Source: an uncultured Haloferula sp. (GTDB lineage: Bacteria > Verrucomicrobiota > Verrucomicrobiia > Verrucomicrobiales > Akkermansiaceae). Taken from it: a stretch of DNA of 64,000 nucleotides. Below are positions 9,301-18,530 of this stretch, in pieces. Under the pieces are notes generated by a model, which searched no databases, was not told where the DNA came from, and saw nothing but the letters and a program-made list of their open reading frames with translations. Location: positions 1 to 64,000 of the forward strand of contig CBFGTS010000018.1 of NCBI GenBank assembly GCA_965652295.1, read 5' to 3'. Each line of letters opens with the position of its first letter. Within the stretch, counting starts at the first letter, position 1. The translations under genes and the position numbers were made by a program.

Positions 9301-9740
9301 GCTCCGACGAGTTTACGGTCGGGCCAAGCGGCGGGCTGGAGTTCGACACCTTCATCGCGACGGCCTTTCCCGGCGAGACCGACCCGTCGATCATCGGCCG
9401 CTTGGCCGATCCTGATGGCGACGGCATCATCAACCTCTTGGAATGGATTCTCGGCGGCGATCCGAGCGTCATGGATCGGGCTCAGATTTCACCGCGACTG
9501 GTCGAGGCGACGGGCGGCGGCCTGGAGTTCACCTTCCGCCGCCGCGAGGGGCTCCCGGCGGGGACGGTGACCGACGTGACGGTATCGGAGGCACTGGCCG
9601 GCTTCGCGCCCGACGCCACGGTCACGGGTGTCCCGGTGGTGATTTCGAACGGCGACGGCACCGAGACGGTGACAGTGCCGGTCAGCGGGCCGCCTGACAA
9701 AGCCAAGGTGTTCCTGCGGCTGGAGGTGTCGGCTCCGTAA
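3312..9740 (+). CDS. Large secreted/surface protein: three IPT/TIG domains, CSLREA-like motif, parallel beta-helix repeats, C-terminal DxDGDG...FxRLxV domain
   Basis: 2142-aa ORF from ATG 3312 with GGAG upstream and a signal-like N-terminus. ITGISPTEAKGGQTVTIAGGNF-type motifs, DGQVSLLEAL, many G-V/I-x-I-x-G...N-x-I-G repeats. Confidence 0.85.
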   Translation: MTSLRLSSGRLVGSLLVGLCPVGCLLAASIGAIDPPSGMPGDTVTLTGSFDPAGSHAVALGGIAAGGVVVTDTTLSFTVPAGAASGTISLTENGEETKYPVPFLVSREVSGVLVPPTGISAIGFKVVGGEGESATAVDGSFTSVVSSGKPTLLWVYKPGMPGTFLALVTDSDASVTVDAASTALALAAVNPLVGFRDSAEMDGVRAGIEAHEDFAALVGVIEDAFAGSYDYLDDARLDDPLTALALASTPPEPPAAAASLAFEDVGSGFPEVRLAELSPGGVPNVFDSKIVASPKRGTEFLILENGRTSRPNTVDWTMELFRLSPSQFPNGLSDLLALDGNSLLEPANAVPLQSGYERAELLTANLDVLGKLAGAVFDVVNGVVKERTGLGLDPPKTNQFAIDRHVDEIYLLQSYSGNLPNGLGFQSAVLEAGDPNSQWAFALAGNLLISALDAAGVFADAKSVTGIDSDFIANLNIDLAKTLAVYRGRGDLDFGSFLDLAKAATTSVIKSYYSHLVSEDTVAELAPRAAKAIGKSFDIIGKISSGAQAVERLTGLGFQSTWAVERSLLIVGNPLRPFITGISPTEAKGGQTVTIAGGNFSWDPAELSVAFCDFHSTSGDVAASVPATITRASPTHLDVTVPDAATYRANFANGTSFLCVTKDGEEVFSTNAGDAGVFTMPPPPTITGLEPEVVTSGAVISIVGERFGSEAKVFFDGFTEIGTFQKTADRIVVALPGAAAGEHTLTVKMGDDTSEAFTFEVVRPEDVPRVKPGGVSIQITEMTMTNSPDGQVSLLEALLIANGTLGRPIEQHVEGEPAGISRETDFVFGDDEFGLGGGAAVRDTISSSLGAGVFPISAALPGLAAGDDIDLDGATLDGTGAPGGAFVLDGADDVVLEDVILKNFPGDGIVVSNDTQGAEVQRVTVDGVGGAGVVVDNLCTFNTFTTIEVLNVGGEGLRVSGDSDENLFSSFQIDGTGSHGLRIDGGSDHNQFNSFTIHDCGADGLRLAGGSERNLFGILLEISEMTDAGIRLTGAGTRYNRLAETVTSGSDAVRVLPAVRDCGTQGVAIEEGASYNVVAPRFISNCTGGGVRVSGAATTHNTIGHPYRRFPGDFNPVFFSLIADNGSHGVVLTGGSGQTLVSGINLYNNQGDGVRVDGSSFNSLLSFRSGVQDFIEDTDPVASPSTGASVRLTNASSNNVIGTVIEVVVSNFGSNPTEDFINHFANDLGGGVIIEGDSDRNHVYGTRIGSVGFEDYHGAVGGPGVVLRGGASENRLGGGSDYDEQIFIASCVEAAVVIDGADTTGNELAGLEIGRFPDGVAPERLPALGIHLRNGTRGNQIGVIGPMDKDLSFGPRRESVSVVGARGPGLWLEACGGSVGTDGEMSLPNVVHNCAFNSCETGILISDDAMANVIGGTRGGGPESDGFVNFNDVYTEENNSVSGSTVAGLRFSNMNHASPLLRNVIQNLSISGAFGSLPPSLDLAAGPPDGCGILIDPDCSDVVVGETRNVGISITNSLVGAYIDGSEGNLIRALDLSSFGQMAAGIVVRGGSQNVIGEPGAGANRIRFVGAGSLPSCGIALVDHADENTVQASRIEFGSGVGIGISQSALNLIGGAGRLAGNEILGHTLSGVEIDGNLAVGNRVQGNFVGVARNGALDDPVNGNFGNLEDGVRVTGGASGNLIGGRYEANRAGASVQVSGPVIPVPTPNAITQSGMAGVAIDGSASDGNSILSNSIYGNSGTGIELRSAGNDDLPAPTGSYATGTAAGMVDGSVAVGSRVQVFSDAGEQGEVLIGEALVRTGGAWTATSLAPAPFANITATVTDAVSGATSPFGLMTTPVSTFEVRRAGGGAPIARTTDLLGDVVVQRIALEANGADVRVTGLTFAASGSLDETTGLNSVRLMRDNNADGQVDAGDSLLRGGMAFDADDGMVAFGELGEVIANGETQEWLVVYEPAATPPADGTTFSLSLAESGAVEATTFLPAGLDVTPVNPFPVRSDEFTVGPSGGLEFDTFIATAFPGETDPSIIGRLADPDGDGIINLLEWILGGDPSVMDRAQISPRLVEATGGGLEFTFRRREGLPAGTVTDVTVSEALAGFAPDATVTGVPVVISNGDGTETVTVPVSGPPDKAKVFLRLEVSAP

Positions 9741-9812
9741 AACGGCATGGAGCCGCATTTCCCGGGTGACCGCTTGTCTGGCAGCAGGTCTGGGAAGGCC
9801 GGGGCAGCCTTC

Positions 9813-10613
<801 letters not shown>

Positions 10614-10669
10614 GGTGGAAAGCTGCGGTTTGGCCGGAGCGGGGGCAAGCGTCAAGGTGCCGACCGGCG

Positions 10670-11440
10670 TCAGAGCATGTCGCGGGTGACCTCGTAGCGG
10701 GCGGCGCAGCGGGGGCACTGGACGGTGATGCGTTCCTCGCCGTGGAAAAGTTCGTCGGGATTGTCCCGCCAGGAGCCGAGGATGGGGAGGATCTTTTCCA
10801 GGTCGCAGCCGCAGTGGAAACGGAAGCGCCGGGTTTCGAGGAGCTTGGTTTCCTCGTCGGTTTCCAAGGTGGCTACGGTCTCCGCGGTGAGGGCTTCGAA
10901 CCACTCGCTGTCGTAGTCCGGTTGGGCGGCGACGAGGACGAAGGTTTCATCGGGTAGGCGGAAGACCCGGGCGGGCCGCTGCTCGGACTGGGTGTAGTAT
11001 TGTTCGACCCAGAAAAGCGGATCGCGGCCGTCGATGGGCAGCGTTGAGGTCCGCGGTTCGGTCCCGGGTTGGGCGAGGGTCTGGGCGTAAAACAAGTCCC
11101 GGTCGGTCTCGCGCACATCTTCGGTGAAGAGCCGGCCGGTGATGTTTTCCGGAATCGAGCCGCCGGTGACAAAGAGGTTCACCCGGGGAGCGCGGAGGTT
11201 GGCGGTCCAGGCGATGGTTTCCGCCCAGGGGCGGGCGACGAGATGCAGGGTGAGTCCGGCGAGCAGGTCCTTGAGCATCTGATCCAGCTCCTCCGGATAG
11301 CGCAGGCCGTGCTGCATCAGGTGGAGGTAGTGGTCGGTGTAGATCGGCGTGAACTGCGCACGGACCGCCAGCACGTTGCGATGGCGGACGAAGATCGATT
11401 CGACGCGGGTGAATTCCTCGACGGGAAGTTGCTCGGACAC
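10670..11440 (-). CDS. hslO: Hsp33-family redox chaperone-like protein
   Basis: C-terminal FHCGC...CPRC zinc motif and YYTQSEQRP motif. Confidence 0.8.
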   Translation of the reverse strand: MSEQLPVEEFTRVESIFVRHRNVLAVRAQFTPIYTDHYLHLMQHGLRYPEELDQMLKDLLAGLTLHLVARPWAETIAWTANLRAPRVNLFVTGGSIPENITGRLFTEDVRETDRDLFYAQTLAQPGTEPRTSTLPIDGRDPLFWVEQYYTQSEQRPARVFRLPDETFVLVAAQPDYDSEWFEALTAETVATLETDEETKLLETRRFRFHCGCDLEKILPILGSWRDNPDELFHGEERITVQCPRCAARYEVTRDML

Positions 11441-11492
11441 GCGCACGGGCTAAGGCCGGAAGGGAAAAGTGCCAAGTGCCGAGTTGAAAGTG

Positions 11493-12293
11493 TTAGAGCA
11501 GCGTGTCGAGCCGCTCTCTCGCGACGGAGAGGTAGTGGTCGTCGAGTTCGATGCCGGTGAATCGGGCGATGCCCATCCGTTTCGCGGCGACGGCGGAGGT
11601 GCCGATGCCGAGGAAGGGGTCGAGCAGGCGGGTTTCGTCGCCTTTGCCGTGGAGGCGGATGCATTGCTCGACGAGGGCGACGGGGAAGGTGGCCGGGTGG
11701 GGGCGCTCTTTGTCGCGGGAGTTGATGGTCTCGTAGGGGATGAACCAGGTGTTGCCGCGGCAGCGGAGGTCTTGGCCGCCGGTGTGGCCCCAGCGGGCGA
11801 TGTTCGACTTGTCCTGATACGGGACGCCGGCGGCACGGCGGTCGAGAGGCACGTCGCCCGTCTTGGTCAGGTGGAAGACGTATTCGTGGCAGTCGTTGAC
11901 GAAACGCTTGGAGTTGATCGGCTTGAAGTGGCCGGCGCTGATCGACTCGCCGGAGCGGGTCTGGACGGTGATGGATTTGATCCAGTGGAAGGTGTTCTGG
12001 AGGACGAAGAGGCCGTCGGTGAGGGCGAGGAGAACCTGGTGGGGGAAGAGCGGATTGGAGGGAGCGGCACCGACGTTGAGGAAGAACGAGCCGTCGGAGG
12101 TGAGCACCCGTTTCACCTCGGCGGCCCATTGTTTGCACCAGTCGAGGAAATCGCTGCGACTACTGGAGTCATCGTAGGTCCGGTAGGCGATGCCGAGGTT
12201 GTAGGGCGGCGAGGTGACGACGAGATCCTGTGACTCGGCGGGAAGGGTGGGGAGGACCGCGAGGCAGTCGCCGAGATGAAGGTCGGGATTCAT
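11493..12293 (-). CDS. Orphan DNA methyltransferase (N4-C/N6-A, beta class)
   Basis: Catalytic DLVVTSPPY precedes SAM-binding LLDPFLGIGTS; HPATFP motif. Confidence 0.92.
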   Translation of the reverse strand: MNPDLHLGDCLAVLPTLPAESQDLVVTSPPYNLGIAYRTYDDSSSRSDFLDWCKQWAAEVKRVLTSDGSFFLNVGAAPSNPLFPHQVLLALTDGLFVLQNTFHWIKSITVQTRSGESISAGHFKPINSKRFVNDCHEYVFHLTKTGDVPLDRRAAGVPYQDKSNIARWGHTGGQDLRCRGNTWFIPYETINSRDKERPHPATFPVALVEQCIRLHGKGDETRLLDPFLGIGTSAVAAKRMGIARFTGIELDDHYLSVARERLDTLL

Positions 12294-12310
12294 GGGAGGA
12301 GTGCGGACCG

Positions 12311-12434
12311 CCTGTCAGTGGCACGACCGTCCCGGTCGTGAAAGGTGGAGCGGGTCGGGCAGGGAGAGTGGGTCTTCGGGATCAGGCGGTCCGGGCGCTG
12401 GGTTCATGACCGGGACGGTCATGCCACTGACAGG
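12311..12434. repeat. REP doublet (REPIN-like), 32-bp inverted arms
   Basis: CCTGTCAGTGGCACGACCGTCCCGGTCGTGAA (12311-12342) and an inverted copy at 12403-12434; GTGG plus internal hairpin. Confidence 0.85.
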
Positions 12435-12444
12435 TGGGTGCACT

Positions 12445-12639
12445 TCAACCATCGAAGCGGAACTCCTCCATGCGGCCTTCGTTTTGCATGAAGTGCTCGT
12501 GGATCTGCTCGTCGCTCATCTCCGCGCGGGTTCGGGTGGCTGAATCGCCGCGAACCCAAGCCTCAAGCACTCCGAGCGGGACCTGAGGGTCAGGCGGATG
12601 GTCGGAGAAGTCAGGCAAATTGAGTTCGATGATCTTCAT
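12445..12639 (-). CDS. Small hypothetical protein (64 aa), coupled partner of the nucleotidyltransferase-like gene
   Basis: ATGA overlap with the upstream gene; MKIIELNLPDF...EEFRFDG. Confidence 0.6.
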   Translation of the reverse strand: MKIIELNLPDFSDHPPDPQVPLGVLEAWVRGDSATRTRAEMSDEQIHEHFMQNEGRMEEFRFDG

Positions 12640-12890
12640 GCAGATCCGAGGATTTGTTCGAAGGCCTCGGGCGTGGCGTAACGGTGACACATCTGACGAA
12701 GCTCGTCATGTCCGATCTGGTCGGGGCCGTACCGCGTTCTGGCGCAGATGTAGTCGAGGTCGAGGGTGGTGCGGGAATAGCCGTGGAAGCAGAGGGCCCA
12801 GCCTCCCGCGAGGACGAAGGGGAGGCCTTCCTCCGCGAAACGTTGGAATAAGGAATAGGCGAAATCGGGGAGGTGACGCTTGGGTTCCAT
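12636..12890 (-). pseudogene. Nucleotidyltransferase-like gene, probably internally deleted (84 aa)
   Basis: FVLAGGWALCFHGYSRTTLDLD (GG...DxD, pol-beta superfamily), but the ORF ends ~35 aa later, too short for the full fold. Confidence 0.6.
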
Positions 12891-12934
12891 GTTAGGTGAA
12901 GGAGGCATGGCGGATGGCAATTCGCCGCCACGGG

Positions 12935-14389
<1,455 letters not shown>

Positions 14390-14491
14390 GAAAGTTTGCT
14401 GGTTTTCAGGGGTCGGTTTTCAGGTCTGAAACCGGGGAACTGGCGGAGAGTGAAGCGGGACGAAGCGCCGGACGCCAAGGTTTTTGATGGG

Positions 14492-15286
14492 TCAGAGGTC
14501 GGCGTGACGGAGGACCTCGCGGAGGTTGTCGTTTTCGAGGAGCCGGTCGAGGCGGGGGTCGCGGAGGATTTCCGAGTAGCGCCCGTCGCGCGCGAGCTGC
14601 CGGAGACCGGGATCGGAGAGAACCAGCTCGCGGATCTGCTTTTCCTCGAGGACGGGGATGGCCTTGGGCGGCGGATCATCGGCGGCGGCGATCAGCTTGA
14701 CGAGATCCAGTCGCGAGTCGGAGGTGAGGGGATCGACGAAGCGGAACCAATCCTGGGGCAGGCCGTGGTCGAGGGCTTGTTTCAACTCGGCGAGGAAGGC
14801 GGTGTGTTCGGGGAGATCGGATTTTTCGACGAACGAGCGGATCTCGGCAAGGGAGCCGGCGTGACGGAGGAGGGTGGCACCGCCGAACCAAAGGGCGGCC
14901 GTGGGAATAAGGCTGAGGAGGAGGGTGACGGCCCAGCGGGCGGGAGAGCGATGCTTTCGATCAGAGGAGTCATCGTGCGGGGAACGGAACAGGCTGAAGA
15001 TGACTTTGGCGCATTGCCGCAGGAAGAGCGCGGTGAGCAGGAAAACGAGGACGGGCAGACCGAAGGAGAGCCATTGGGAATCCCGGCCGAAAAAGCCGTG
15101 GGAGGGGATGTGGTTCCAGGTGTAGAAAGCGGCGAAACCGGCAGCGCAAACGACGGTGGTGCCCCAGAGAATACGGAGGAGCCCGCGCAACACGGCGAGG
15201 CTGGCGATGGCTCCAAAGATAAGGAGGGCCGCCGTGCCGAGGCTGAGCTGGGGAATCTGCTCCGCGATGGCGATCAGGTCCCGCAT
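14492..15286 (-). CDS. Hypothetical membrane protein (about 4 TM segments)
   Basis: Hydrophobic N-terminal helices; overlaps the aroC stop. Confidence 0.75.
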   Translation of the reverse strand: MRDLIAIAEQIPQLSLGTAALLIFGAIASLAVLRGLLRILWGTTVVCAAGFAAFYTWNHIPSHGFFGRDSQWLSFGLPVLVFLLTALFLRQCAKVIFSLFRSPHDDSSDRKHRSPARWAVTLLLSLIPTAALWFGGATLLRHAGSLAEIRSFVEKSDLPEHTAFLAELKQALDHGLPQDWFRFVDPLTSDSRLDLVKLIAAADDPPPKAIPVLEEKQIRELVLSDPGLRQLARDGRYSEILRDPRLDRLLENDNLREVLRHADL

Positions 15287-16359
15287 TGGGCGCGTTGACG
15301 TAGGAGGTGGTCGCAGAGGACGAGGGCGGCCATGTTGTCGACCATCGGCACGGCGCGGGGCAGCACGCAGGCGTCGTGGCGGCCTTTGCCTTTCAGCTCG
15401 GTGTTTTCGCCGGCGCTGGTGACCGTGTCCTGCGCGGTCATGATGGTGGCGGTGGGCTTGAAGGCGACGCGGAAGACGATGTTCTCTCCGTTGGAAATAC
15501 CGCCCTGGATGCCGCCGGAACGATTGCTGGTGGTGCGGACCTTGCCCTCGACCATACGGAAGGGGTCGTTGTGTTCACTGCCGGTCATGCGGGATCCTGC
15601 GAAACCGGAGCCGATCTCGAACCCCTTGGTGGCAGGGAGGGACATCATGGCTTTGGCGAGTTCCGCCTCCAGTTTGTCGAAGACCGGCTCGCCAAGGCCG
15701 GGCGGGCAGTTGCGGATGACGCATTCGACCACGCCGCCGATCGAGTTGCCCTCGGCACGGACTTGCTTGATCCGCTCGATCATTTTCTCGGCCGCCGCGG
15801 CGTCGCCGGTACGGACGATGTTCGACTCGATCTGGTCGAGCGTGACGGTCGCGGGATCGACGTCGGCATCGAGATCGTGGACCGATTTCACCCACGCGAG
15901 GATTTCGAGATTAGGGGCGAGGGCGGCGAGGACCTGGCGGGCGACGGCGGCCCCGGCGACGCGGCCGATGGTTTCCCGGGCCGAGGCGCGGCCGCCGCCG
16001 GAGAGGGCGCGGATCCCGTATTTCGCATCGTAGGTGTAGTCGGCGTGGGACGGCCGGTATTTCACCGCCATTTCGTCGTAGGAGCCGGGCCGCTGGTCCT
16101 CGTTTTTCACCACGATGGCGATCGGCGTGCCGAGGGTGAGACCATCGTGGGTGCCGGATAGAATAGCGGCGGTGTCGGATTCCTTGCGTGGCGTGACGAT
16201 GTCCGACTGGCCCGGGCGGCGGCGGTCGAGCTCCTGTTGCACGTCCTTTTCCGTCAACGGGATGCGGGGCGGGCAGCCATCGATGATGACGCCGACGCCC
16301 CCGCCGTGGGATTCGCCGAAGGTGTGGATGCGGAAAGCGTGGCCGAAGCTCGAAGACAT
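15274..16359 (-). CDS. aroC: Chorismate synthase
   Basis: [46 protein letters not shown]. Confidence 0.98.
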   Translation of the reverse strand: MSSSFGHAFRIHTFGESHGGGVGVIIDGCPPRIPLTEKDVQQELDRRRPGQSDIVTPRKESDTAAILSGTHDGLTLGTPIAIVVKNEDQRPGSYDEMAVKYRPSHADYTYDAKYGIRALSGGGRASARETIGRVAGAAVARQVLAALAPNLEILAWVKSVHDLDADVDPATVTLDQIESNIVRTGDAAAAEKMIERIKQVRAEGNSIGGVVECVIRNCPPGLGEPVFDKLEAELAKAMMSLPATKGFEIGSGFAGSRMTGSEHNDPFRMVEGKVRTTSNRSGGIQGGISNGENIVFRVAFKPTATIMTAQDTVTSAGENTELKGKGRHDACVLPRAVPMVDNMAALVLCDHLLRQRAQCGT

Positions 16360-16522
16360 GGGCGGGAGTGTAGAGACGGGAAGGGAAGAGCAAAGAGCGA
16401 AGAGGCGGAAACCCGGGATCGCGTGACGCCCATGTGGCGGAATTGGCACCGGATTCAAGCCCATCGCGGCGAACTCAATCGTTTATTTGAATCGCGGGTG
16501 AAAGCACACGCACCCGTATTCG

Positions 16523-18475
16523 ATGAGGATTGATATCATCACCGACACCTACGCACCGGACATCAATGGAGTCGCCATGACCTTGGGGCGGCTGGCCCAC
16601 GGCCTGCGGAGCAGGGGCCACTTGGTTCATGTGATCCGCACCGGTGACACCAAGGAGGCCGGCCAAACGCTTGCGGCTTCCATCTCGCTGCCCGGCTACA
16701 AGGAGGTGCGGGTCGGCCTGCCCGGCCCCTTCAAGCTCCGCAAGCGGTGGGCGAAGCGGCGGCCGGACGCGATCTACGTGGCGACGGAGAGCCCGCTGGG
16801 GATTTCCGCCATCAAAGCGGCGAATTCCCTCGGGATCCCGGTGGCGAGCGGGTTTCACACGAACTTCCACCAATACATGGAGCAGTATCGCCTGGGCGGA
16901 CTCCAGCCAGCGACGATGGCTTGGCTGCGGCGCGTGCACCGCCGGGCGGCCGTGACGCTGGCACCCACGCCCGACGTTGTGGAGGCGCTGCGAAACGATG
17001 GCTTCGAGAACGTTTCCCTGCTCGGGCGCGGGGTGGATACCGAGCTGTTTCACCCGGAAAAGCGCGACGTGAACCTGCGGGCCGCGTGGGGTGCCCGCGA
17101 GGGCTCGCCGGTGGCGATCGTGGTCGGCCGGGTGGCGGCGGAAAAGAACCTGCCGCTGGCGATGGAGTGCTTCCGCCGGATGCGCGAGCGGATGCCGGAT
17201 TTGCAGTGTGTATGCGTTGGCGATGGGCCGGTGAAGGAAGCGTTGCGCGCGAAACATCCTTTCGTGCACTGGGCCGGGGTGCGCAACGGCGAGGAGTTGG
17301 CGGCGCACTACGCGTCGGCGGACATCCTGCTTTTTCCCAGCGAGACGGAAACCTTCGGCAACGTGTTGCTCGAGGGCATGGCTTCCGGGCTGGTGACGGT
17401 GAGCTACGACTACGCCGCGGCCGGCCGCTACGTGCGGCACGGGGTCAACGGCCTGAAGGTGGAGAAGGGGAATTCCACGGCCTTCTGCGAACTGGCGATG
17501 ATCTCGTTGAGCCAGTGGAAGGGGGAGATGCGCGGGCTCGCCCGCGAGACCGCGGAGCCGCTGGGCTGGGACGCGGTGGTCGGCACCTTCGAGTCCGAGC
17601 TGAAGGGCATCGCCCGCAAAGCCACCGTCAAGCCGCTCGGTCTGAAGGAAATGCGCAAGCTGGGCAGAACGGACGTTCGCACGGTTTTCCTCTCCGACAT
17701 CCATCTCGGAACGGCCGACAGCAAGGCGAGGGAGGTCACCGAATTCCTTCGCCACCTCCGCTGCGAGAAACTGGTCCTGAACGGCGACATCATCGATGGC
17801 TGGGCGTTGCGCCGCGGGTCGAAATGGCGGAAGCGCCACAGCCGGTTCATCCGCAAGGTCCTGAAGATGACCGAGCGGGAGAACACCGAGGTGATCTACT
17901 GCCGCGGCAACCACGACGACATCCTCGACCGCTTCCTGCCGCTCGCCTTCGGCTCGATCAAGTTCGTGAAGGAGCACCTCCACCTCGGAGTCGATGGCAA
18001 ACGCTATCTGGTCGTCCACGGCGATGGTTTCGACAGCGTTTCCACGAATTACCGCTGGCTCGCCGCGCTTGGAGCGATCGGCTACGACTCGATGTTGGTG
18101 ATCAACCGCTGGTACAACCGCTGGCGCGCGTGGCGGGGGAAGGAGTATTTTTCCCTGAGCCAGCGGGTGAAAGCGAAGGTGAAGTCGGCGGTGAGTTTCG
18201 TGGACAACTACGAGCTCCAGCTCCAGGAATACGCCCGGCGTCGTGGCTGTGACGGGATCATCTGCGGACACATCCACACGCCGGAGGATCGGGTGGTCGG
18301 TGACATCCGGTATTTGAACTCGGGCGACTGGGTAGAAAGCCTGACCGCGATCCTCGAACACCACGACGGACGGATCGAACTGGTGCGCTACGAGGAGTTC
18401 ATGGCGGGCCTCGCCGGGATGGAACGTGGGGCGTCCGAGGAACCTGCCGCGAGGCCCCTGGCGCTCTCGGCGTGA
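16523..18475 (+). CDS. Fusion of a GT4 glycosyltransferase and a PlcP/LpxH-like metallophosphoesterase
   Basis: N-terminal TDTYAPDINGV, GRVAAEKN, PSETETFGNVLLEGMASG. C-terminal SDIHLG, GDIIDGW, GNHDD, HGD, CGHIH, NSGDWVES. Confidence 0.9.
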   Translation: MRIDIITDTYAPDINGVAMTLGRLAHGLRSRGHLVHVIRTGDTKEAGQTLAASISLPGYKEVRVGLPGPFKLRKRWAKRRPDAIYVATESPLGISAIKAANSLGIPVASGFHTNFHQYMEQYRLGGLQPATMAWLRRVHRRAAVTLAPTPDVVEALRNDGFENVSLLGRGVDTELFHPEKRDVNLRAAWGAREGSPVAIVVGRVAAEKNLPLAMECFRRMRERMPDLQCVCVGDGPVKEALRAKHPFVHWAGVRNGEELAAHYASADILLFPSETETFGNVLLEGMASGLVTVSYDYAAAGRYVRHGVNGLKVEKGNSTAFCELAMISLSQWKGEMRGLARETAEPLGWDAVVGTFESELKGIARKATVKPLGLKEMRKLGRTDVRTVFLSDIHLGTADSKAREVTEFLRHLRCEKLVLNGDIIDGWALRRGSKWRKRHSRFIRKVLKMTERENTEVIYCRGNHDDILDRFLPLAFGSIKFVKEHLHLGVDGKRYLVVHGDGFDSVSTNYRWLAALGAIGYDSMLVINRWYNRWRAWRGKEYFSLSQRVKAKVKSAVSFVDNYELQLQEYARRRGCDGIICGHIHTPEDRVVGDIRYLNSGDWVESLTAILEHHDGRIELVRYEEFMAGLAGMERGASEEPAARPLALSA

Positions 18476-18530
18476 TTTCCGGAATGGGTGCTTCCCGAAG
18501 CCGACAGCGGCTGTTAAAGCGCGGACATCC

